Part shown: positions 41,817 to 51,321 of the stretch, in pieces
Numbering within the stretch: position 1 is the stretch's first letter
Layout: each line of letters begins with the position of its first letter
Assembly (NCBI RefSeq): GCF_009834535.1
Contig: NC_045697.1
Coordinates: forward strand, 41,418,001-41,482,000
DNA from: Camelus ferus
Lineage: Eukaryota
Reading direction: 5' to 3'
DNA length: 64,000 nucleotides
Position numbers and translations under genes: made by a program
Notes under the pieces: generated by a model
Told to the model about the DNA's origin: nothing
Database searches by the model: none
The model's input: the letters and a program-made list of their open reading frames with translations, nothing else

Positions 41817-42684
41817 TGTCATATACATTATTTAATTTGATTCTCACAAAAATTCTGTGAAGGGAATGTTGTTACACCCATTATGTCAATGCCTAAATTA
41901 AGAAATGGAGAGGCTGCATGGTCTGGCTAAGTCACAGGCAGGAAACAGGAAGGTTGTTTGAACCATAGATTTAAACAAAATCTGTTGGTGAGTCCAGTAT
42001 TCTTTCCACTATCCAATATTTCAAATAAGCTTTAAAAGTATTTATACATTATTTTTGTAATTTTAAAAATGTCCTGTGCATACACAAGATGTTCATTGAA
42101 TTTATAATATCATCATTGCTATATCTTCATGAATTTAGACAATTTTCAAAATTAGATTCCTGTTTCCTTGTCTCCCTCTTGAATATAACATTTCAAAAAA
42201 GGTCAAATGGCATGCTTAGGATACTCAGAATTTTTTTGTGAATAATTTGAAAATCTAGCAGGCATAAGCTGTACATCCAAGTTAATGCTGATGATTATTT
42301 GGTTCAAAAATATAAGACCAAGTATATCAAATTCTCTATTTTATCATTAACTAATTACTGCTCTTTTGATTGTTAGGATACTATCCCCGTACATTACTGT
42401 TACATATTCTATTGTTCTATTGCACAGACCTAAAATTCACTAATTTGGTGATTGGAAAAATCTTCTCCTATCAATGTTTAAAAATAGGCTCTCTAATATT
42501 AGGAAATTTCATTTCGTGGTGATAGAGGATCTATATTTAGAAAAAGAACACTATTAACCTTTTATTTTAAATTTAATTACGAAAGTTTGGGCTCGCATTT
42601 TGTCTCTTGGTCTGCCTCCGTGACTGTTTGCCTTTTGAGTGCGATTATGGCAAGTCAAAGTCAGTGGTGAGAATAGCCTTTTTA

Positions 42685-43172
42685 GAAATGCTGCCATTTG
42701 TGACAGCATGGATGGACCTTGAGGGCATTATGCTGAGTGAAACAAGCCAGACAGAGAAAGACAAATACTACTTGATGTCACTTATATGTGGAACCTGAAA
42801 AAAAAAGTGAACTTATAGAAATAGACAGCAGAAAAGTGGTTGTCAGAGGCTAGGGAGTGGGAGAAATAGGAAGGGGTTGGTAAAAGGTACACACTTTCCG
42901 TTATAAGATGATTAAGTTCCGAGGATCTCATGTATAACATGCTGACTGTAGTTGATAACACTGTATTTGTATAGTTGAAATTTGTGAAGAGAGTAGATCT
43001 TAAATGTTCTCATGCAAAAAAATAGGTAGATACATGTGAGGTGGTGGGTGTGATAATTAACTCAATGGGGAGAATCATTTTATAGTGTATGCATCTATCA
43101 AATCATCATGTTGTACACCTTAAATATCTTACAACCTTATTTGTTAATTATACCTCAATAAAGCTGAAAAAA
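42685..43172 (+). mobile_element. L1MA-like 3' end
   Basis: PFVTAWMDLEGIMLSETSQTEKDKY; 3'UTR similar to that of 7703-9462; AATAAA plus A tail. Confidence 0.88.
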
Positions 43173-43931
43173 GACTAGTCCTTTTCATGAAGATATGAAT
43201 TGCTGCAGAGTGGTAAGAAGCAGAATTTCTAGGCCAAACACAAATATAATCCATCATATCTCCATGCTTTTGTCATGCTTCTGGGACACTGCAGTAAAGC
43301 AAGGATAAGGAAAATTGAAATTGCTACATATGTACATCGATTGAAGGGTGGATAAACCTGAGGATGTCTGGCAAGAATGACTGTTTCTTTATCTCATACA
43401 CCAGCTTATGCTGGGATCTAAGAAAAGGCAGTTTTCTATTAGTATCTTTGTTCAAAAGACAAATACTCTAATTAGATTTTTTTAAGCTGTTGCTACCTGA
43501 GGAAGCTAGAGCTACTTTGATATTATTTTTAAATAGAATTTTCCCTCCATAATTATTGTAAACTAAATCCATGATTTCAAAAGTCTACCAGGATACTGAA
43601 AAGCTGTGTATAACTACGATTTTCCAAGCAGCAGATATTCTGCACTTACAATCAAAATTTGCTTAACCACAGAGGGACATAATTTGGCTAGTTATGGGTG
43701 TTCCCAGTGGGAAAAAAATCAATGCTTTTCTAAGCTTAATAAAAGTTAGCTCAAAGTACATTTTCTACCATTGAATTCTAACAGTAGTGCTCTGTCCACT
43801 AGGAAAAACTTTCAGCAGGCCAATTTTATTTACTTTCTTTAGATGTGAATACAATTGTTTCCTGAATGTACAATTGATTCCTAAGCAAGAAGAAAATTAA
43901 AAGTCAGTATAACATGACATTATACAATTGT

Positions 43932-45309
43932 CAAAGAATATACAATGGAGTAAAGACAGTCTCTTCTGCAAATGGTGTTGGGAAAACTGGACAGCTGCAT
44001 GTAAATCAATGAAACTAGAACACTCTTTCACACCATACACGAAAATAAACTCAAAATGGCTTAAAGATTTAAGCATAAGACAAGACACTATAAACCTCTT
44101 AGAAGAAAACATAGGCAAAACATTATCTGATGTAAATCTTAGCAATGTTCTCCCAGGGCAGTCTACTTAGGCAATAGAAAAAAAAAGCAAAAATAAACAA
44201 ATGGGACCTAAATAAGCTTTTGCAGAGCAAAGGAAACCATAAGCATAACAAAACAAAAAGACAACCTGTGGGAATGGGAGAAAGGATTTGTAAAAGATGA
44301 GACTGACAAGGATTTAATTTTCAGAATATATGAACAGCTCATACAACTTAACAACAAAAAAGCAAATAACCCAATCCAAAAATGGGCAGAAGACCTAAAC
44401 AAGCAATTCTCCAATAAAGACATGCAAATGGCCAATAGGTGCATGAGAAAATGCTCAATATTGCTAATTATCAGAGAAATGCAAATCAAAACTACAGTGA
44501 GGAATCACCTCATGCCAATCAGAACGGCCATCATGAAAAAGTCCACAAATGCTAGGGAGGGTGTGGAGAAAAGGGAACCCTCCTACACTGTTGGTGGGAA
44601 TGTGGTTTGGTGCAGCCATTATGGAAAACAGTATGGAGATTCCTTAAAAAACTAAAAATAGACTTACCATATGATCCAGCAATCCCACTCCTAGGCATAT
44701 ATCTGGAGGGAACCTTAATTCAAAAAGATACATGCACCCCAGTGTTCATAGCAGCACTATATACAATAGCCAAGACATGGAAACAACCTAAATGTCCATC
44801 AGCAGAGGACTGATAAAGCAGTTGTGGTATATTTATACAGTGGAATACTACTCAACCATAAAAAAGAATAAAATAATGCCATGTGCAGCAACATGGATGG
44901 ACCTGGAGATTGTTATTCTAAGTGAAGTAAGCCAAGAAGAGGAAGAAAAGTACCCTATGTTATCACTTATATGTGGAATTAAAAAAAAAAGGACATAAGT
45001 GAATTTGTTTACAAAACAAAAATAGACTCACAGACGTAGAAAACAAACTTATGGTTACTGAGGGGTAAGGGGTGTGGGAAGGGATAAATTGGGAGTTTGA
45101 AACGTGCAGATTCTAACTACTATATATAAAATAGACAAACAACAAGTTTCTACTGTATAGCACAGGGAACTATATTCAGTATCTTACAGTAACCTATAAT
45201 GAAAAAGAATATGAAAATGAATATGTGTATGTATATGTATGATTGAACTATTATGCTGTACACCAGAAATTGACACAACATTGTAAACCTACTATACTTC
45301 AATAAAAAA
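43932..45309 (+). mobile_element. Young L1, 3' ~1.4 kb, nested in an older L1MC-like 3'UTR (~43914-43934 and ~45305-45556)
   Basis: ORF2 peptides [17 protein letters not shown] and [31 protein letters not shown]; frameshifted; AATAAA end. Confidence 0.93.
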
Positions 45310-45649
45310 CTCCCATAAAATTGTATAATACAGAGTGAACCCTAATATAAATTATGGATTTTAGTTAATGATAATGTATCAATAGTTGTTCATCAATTGT
45401 AACAAATTTACTGCACTGATTCAAAATGTTAATAATAGGGGAAACTTTGTGTGGGTAGGGGAGCTGGGTATATGGGAATTCTCTGTACTTTTCTGCTCAG
45501 TCTTCTCATAAAGCTAAAATTGCTCTAAAAAATAAAATATGTTAATTAAAAAGAAAAGGGAGTGCAGAGGTAGATCCCTTCTCTTCTATGACATTGAAAG
45601 GTCACCAAATTTATTCTTATTAGAAACCACTAGTGGTTTATTTTACTTT

Positions 45650-46348
45650 CTTTTTTAATTGAGTATAATTTACTTACAATATTACATTAGTTGCAGGTGT
45701 ACACACAGTGATTTGACACCTGTATATATTGTGAAATGATAAATCACAATAAATCAAGCCAACATCTGTCACCACACATAATTACAGAATTTTTTTTTCT
45801 TGTGATGAGAACTTTTAAGGTAGGTTTCTCAGCAACTCTCAAATATGCAATACAGTATTACTAACTATAGTTGCCAGGCAGTACATTACATCCCCCATGA
45901 CTTATTTACTTTATAACTAGAAGTTTGTGTGTTTTGATCTCTTTCACCCATTTCACCCTCCCCCCACCCAACCTTTGGCAATCACTAATCTATTCTCTGT
46001 ATGAGCTTTTTTTGTTTGTTTGTTTTAGATTCTACATGTAAGTAAGATCATATGTATTCATTTTTCTCTAACTTATTTTGCTTAGCATAATGCCCTTAAG
46101 GTCCATTCATGTTGTCACAAACCGCAAGATTTCATTCTTTTTATGGCTCAATAATATTCCATTGTGTGCACACACACATACACACACCGACACCATATCT
46201 TCTTTATTCATTCACTTACTGGTGGACACTTAGGTTGCTTCCATATCTTGGCTGTTGTAAATAATGCTGCAATGAACTTGGGAGTGCAGATATCTTTTCA
46301 AGTTAGTGTTTTTGTTTTCTTCAGATAAATACCCAGAAATGGGATTGT
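45650..46348 (-). mobile_element. L1 3' end
   Basis: ttttttaattgagtataa start; L1MA-like 3'UTR and ORF2-end motifs. Confidence 0.85.
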
Positions 46349-47042
46349 ACCATGTGAGGAACCATTAATATTTTAAGTTTACTCCACTGAAGATTATTAT
46401 GGCCATAGTAAACTGTTGGTCATGTGTTTCCTATCCAAATAGAATGATGAAACATATTGATTAAAAATTACATTTGAAAAGTTGAGATATAAGTTTTGAT
46501 TTACTTTTAAGAAACTTAAATAGTTATTTTTACCCTTAAGTTTTCTTAGTGCTTTTAATTTAGTGATATGCAATATGACTTTTCAAAAGGGAGTTATTGT
46601 TTGCAACATATCTGAGGATTTTAAATTACGGAATTGTTTTGTGACAAGTGTTCCTCAAGTGGAAGTGTCATGAAAGATACATGACTGACTTTCTGAGAGA
46701 AGCATTATTATATATCTTGAAATGAAAGTGAATCCAAGTCAATGCTGACTCTCTGAATTCCCTTCATATCCGTTCACTCACCAAATTCATTGATTTATCC
46801 TTCATAATCTTGTTTATGTTTATTAAACCATTTGTACCCTCTTACCAACTATCCTAATTTATAACCCAGATATCTAACTGTTGAAAGTGTAGCTAGGTGA
46901 CATTCCTTTATGACAACATCACTGTTATAGTGAACTCTTGGACTTCTTCTGTAACTCTCTTTTTTTTTTTTTTTTTTTTTTTTTTTGCAGCTGAGACCTT
47001 TAATTCTCATCTGAGGGCTGAAGTCCATTCTAGACTCTGGGA

Positions 47043-47143
47043 TAGGGTGTCAGCCTTCCCAATTTGCATGGGACTAAGGGGTTTCCTGGGATGTGGGACT
47101 TGCTGGGAAGTCCCTGGTGAATGAAGACTAGTTGGGGACCCTA
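47043..47143. mobile_element. hAT-Blackjack MITE (MER81-like)
   Basis: TAGGGTG...ACCCTA termini and a perfect 8-bp TSD CTCTGGGA (47035-47042, 47144-47151). Confidence 0.85.
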
Positions 47144-47269
47144 CTCTGGGACCAATATTGATAAGGGACACCATAAGTTACCACAAGACATTGTATATAT
47201 TTCCTTGTGCTGTACCGTGTGAACTGGTTTATCTATTTTATTTATTTTTTAATTTGGAGTTTCAAAACT

Positions 47270-48031
47270 TTATTTTTTTGTATATATATATTTATTGTAT
47301 ATATATATCAATTTACAATGTTTCATCAATTTCTGGTATATAGTATAATGCTTCAGTCATACATATACATGCATATATTCATTTTCATATTCTTTTTTGT
47401 TATAGGTTACTATAAGATATTACAGTAGAAACTTGTTGTTTATCTATTTTATGTATATTAGTTAGTACCTGCAAATCTCAAACTCCCAGTTTATCTCTTC
47501 CCACCTCCCTTCCCCACTGGTAACCATAAGTTTGTTTTCTTTGTCTGTGAGTCTATTTCTGTTTTGTAAATAAGTTCATTTGTGCCCCCCCCTTTTTTTT
47601 AGATTCTACATATAAGTGATAATATATGATATTTTTCTTTCTCTTCTTGGCTTACTTCACTTAGAATAACAATCTCCAGGTCCATCCATGTTGCTGCACA
47701 TGGCATTATTTTATTCTTTTTTATGGCTGAATAGTATTCTACTGTATAAATATACCACAACTTCTTTATCAGTCCTCTGCTGATGGACATTTAGGTTGTT
47801 TCCATGTCTTGGCTATTGTATATAGTGCTGCTATGAACATTGGGTTGCATGTATCTTTTTGAATTAAGGTTCCCTCTAGATATATGCCTAGGAGTGGGAC
47901 TGCTAGATCATATGGTAAGTCTATTTTTAGTTTTTTAAGGAATCTCCATACTGTTTTCCATAATGGCTGCACCAAACCACATTCCCACCAACAGTGTAGG
48001 AGGGTTCCCTTTTCTCCACACCCTCTCCAGA
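47270..48031 (-). mobile_element. Young L1 3' end, inverted relative to 43932-45309
   Basis: ORFs 47769-47975(-) and 47599-47790(-) are almost identical to 44607-44813(+) and 44792-44998(+). Confidence 0.93.
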
Positions 48032-48469
48032 GTTTGGTTTTATCCAGTAAGGAATGTGATCTATTTAGGTGTTGATTTGTTGATTTTTTTTAAAACTAAT
48101 TTATATTAAATGATCTAATTTTAGTAAGTTAATTTTTCCATAGTGTATAAAACAAACTTAAAAGACCATTTGAATCATCTAAATATTATTTTTTATTTTT
48201 TACATTTTTTATTGAGTTATAGTCATTTTACAATGTTGTGTCAAATTCCAGTGTAGAGCACAATTATTCAGTTATACGTGAACATACATATATTCATTGT
48301 CACATTCTGTTTTTCGCTGTGAATCTAAATATTATTGAAGTGAGTAGGTTGAGAATTAAAACCCTAAATTGTAAAATACAGCCCAGTGCAATGTTAGCAT
48401 CTGCCACCCTTTGTGACTTGTGCCATCAAGAGTTAACACCTGATGGAAGAAAATGATTGACTTTAGCCT

Positions 48470-49385
48470 ATTCATAGTTGTCATTCTATTTTTATTGGTA
48501 ACTAGTATTCTACTATATGAATATTCCATACTTTGCTTATCCATTCTTCTGTTAATACACTTTGAGTTGTTTCTGATTTTTACCAATTATAAATAAAGCT
48601 GTCATAAACATTTATATATAACTTTTTTTTTTGTGGACATATGTTTCTATTCTCTTAGCTGACTATCTGTGAACAGAATTGTTGAGTCATACTGTAGGTA
48701 TATGTTTATCATGTAAAAAACCTGCCAAATCATTTCCCAAAGTAGTTTTATCATTTTATACTCCCACCAGCGATGTAGGAGAGTTTTGGTTTCTCCATAT
48801 CCTACTCAATATTTAGTGTTGTTAGTGTTTCCAGTTTTAGCCATTTTGGTGGAGGTGGCATTCACTGCAGTTTTAGTTTGTCTTTCACTGATGACCAGTG
48901 ATGTTGAATACTTTTTTATGTACTCATCAACCATTTATATATCTTCCTTTGTCAAGTGCCTGCTGAAGACTTTTGCTCACTAAACAAAATTGTTTGTTTT
49001 TATTATTGGGTTGTAGAATATTTTTGTGTAACCTAGAATTTGTGTATATCAAGAAGATTTTCAGGTGTATGTATCAAGAGCATTTTCTTCTAGTCTGTGG
49101 CTGTCTGTTTTCTTTGATGGTGACTTTGGGTAAGTGGAAGCTTTTAATTTTCATCAAGTCTATTTTTCTTTTTCTATTATGGTGAGTGCTTTCTGTGTCC
49201 AAAGAAATCTTTGCCTATTCCAGGAACAGAAAGCTATGTTTTTCTTCTAAAAGGTACATTTTATTCTAACAGCTTTATAGATTTTAACTTGTGTGTTTCA
49301 GTGTATAATTTATCTTGAATTAATTTTTGTGTTTCCAATGTGAGGTAAGAGTTAAAATTCTTTTTTCCTCATTGATATCCAGTTA
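48470..49385 (-). mobile_element. Old L1 (L1M) ORF2 fragment
   Basis: Degenerate ORF2 antisense motifs (ttttatactcccaccagcgatgtaggagag, tatatcttcctttgtcaagtgcctg). Confidence 0.75.
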
Positions 49386-49643
49386 TTGGGAATTGACTTT
49401 TGATATCAAAACTTAAAGTAACTTAAAATCTTGAATGCCAGTTGTTTGGCTAATCAATACGTATTTTTGCTTGAGACACAGTTGTCTTATAGATACGCCC
49501 ATTGCCAAGACTACAAGTTAATAATCAACTGTTTCTGGTTGAACTCGAAATTAAAGCAACATCCAAAAACTTGCCCAAATGGATGAAAATGACAGAAAAC
49601 TCATGCAGGACTTTTCCCCCTAGATTCCCTCCTTAAAAAAAAT

Positions 49644-49709
<66 letters not shown>
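49644..49709. repeat. Perfect (AGC)22 trinucleotide repeat (CAG/CTG class)
   Basis: Direct read, uninterrupted. Confidence 0.97.
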
Positions 49710-49711
<2 letters not shown>

Positions 49712-50840
49712 GAACACAAAACCTGATGTGGTCCTGTACAGTTTTATGATGTGTTTCAGTGTCTGTCATCACTGCTTGGTTTATAGTGGTATATCTTGTA
49801 TATCTGTTGCATGTTGTATGCTTCCTGTTAACATACGGAGGAAGCTCCTCATTCATTAGGCATGCTAGATCTAAAACATAACGTAGAATGATATAAAACT
49901 CAGTCCTATTTGGTTACAATAGACAGAAACCCACCTTAAAGTTGTTAAAGCAAAAAAGGAATTTGGTTCGATTATGTAACTTGAGAATCCCAAGGGCTGA
50001 AGCTGGTTAGGCCAAATATATATTGAAATTTTTCCTTGTGTAAAGAATATTTTTTAAAGGTTGAAAAAATTTAATAATTAAAAAAATTGTGGACACAGTT
50101 AACTGCTCTCATTCTAGAAAATAGGTGTTAAAATTGTATGGAAACTTAAAAATATACTCTAACAGTCAAAAGCAGGGCAAATTACTTAAGTAAAATTGAG
50201 ATATCTTCCCCAAATAGTAATAATGCAATTTGTATCTGTTTTCTAAAGAATTATCCCAATTAAAAAGAAAAGAGTTCTGATTTGTGAACTCAGATTATCA
50301 TTACTTTCTTTCCACATTCAAACTGCAATCTAAGAGTCTTTGTTGAGTTTTTTTTTTAGTGGGTATTTATTTAGGATTTTTATGAAAGACAAGGAGCCAG
50401 AGAAGAGAAATTGTGCTATGCAAATAATCTCTGGGGTCCAGGCGGGACCCGAATGCTTACTTCGCCTCTGAGGTTATTACCATCCTTGTTTGCTTTGACA
50501 GTTTGAGATGCTACATGTCTCTTGTTGTGCTGTTTGCAAAAAGCTGAGCTAGTTGAAAGGCAGGGATTGACTGTATTTCCAACGGTGTTTTGGTCTGTGA
50601 GCATTTGCTCCTCAGTGCTGCTGTGTGCCTGCCAGGGCTGCATAGAGCCGGTTGTTTCTCCGGGTTGTGCAGACTGGCTGCCTGATGTCCTGGCTGCTGA
50701 TAGTGGTTGCCAGCGAGCCCTATTCCTTTCCATTTTGCCTGGTCCTCATTTCATCGGAAAACACAGTAGCTATAGCCGCACATAGACTTTTTCCTTTTTT
50801 CCTTTCCCCCTCTTACCCCTCCCTAGACCTCTCTGGGCTT

Positions 50841-50878
50841 TGACGTCACGTGTGCTCCTTTCGGTTGCCATAGCAACC
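50841..50878 (+). promoter_or_regulatory. MAPK10: MAPK10 proximal promoter: CRE overlapping an E-box, plus an RFX X-box
   Basis: TGACGTCA (50841-50848), CACGTG (50847-50852), GTTGCCATAGCAAC (50864-50877); repeat-free, CpG-retaining region just upstream of exon 1. Confidence 0.8.
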
Positions 50879-50889
50879 CCATTCCCCAA

Positions 50890-51321
50890 GCCCTCTGTCC
50901 GTCTCCTCTGGTAGGTTCCACAATGGTACAGGCAGCATCACGCTGCACAATGGTTTCCAGGCAGTGAAAGAGGGTGATTCAGCAAGCCACTTTTTTTCTT
51001 CTTCTTTTTTTTAAGCCTTCCCTTCTCTTTTTATTTTTATGGGGGTGGCTGGTGCTTGTTATATGCTTACCTTTTCCCTTTCCTTTTTCATTTTTACAAT
51101 TTTCCTTTTTTCTCATCACCCCTCACTTTCTAGGGGCTTGAGTGACTTTAAGATTGGGTTTTCTTGGAAATCATCTGTCCATCATTAATTTTAAACAATT
51201 TCCCCACCTCCAAAGAATCTATTCCTTATTACAGTTCGGAATGTGGTTATGAAAAACAAGTAGGGAGGATTTCTGGGGCAAACACTGCTGGATCAGGATC
51301 CTAGTTCTCAAGCACGGAATG
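50890..51321 (+). other. MAPK10: MAPK10/JNK3 non-coding 5'UTR exon (5' boundary/TSS approximate)
   Basis: Sequence ...gaaaaacaagtagggaggatttctggggcaaacactgc.ggatcaggatc.tagttctca.gcacggaatg matches my recollection of the human MAPK10 5'UTR; donor ATG|GTAGGT at 51321/51322. Confidence 0.8.

Noticed and set aside
49620..49856. 78-aa minus-strand ORF with poly-Ala
   Set aside because: Product of the CTG repeat; no exon or coding context.
50681..50701. RE1/NRSE-like site cctgatgtcctggctgctgat
   Set aside because: Only 13/21 match to the REST consensus, with core mismatches.
50416..50785. 105-aa (-) and 87-aa (+) ORFs next to the promoter
   Set aside because: No recognisable domain; expected by chance in GC-richer promoter DNA.
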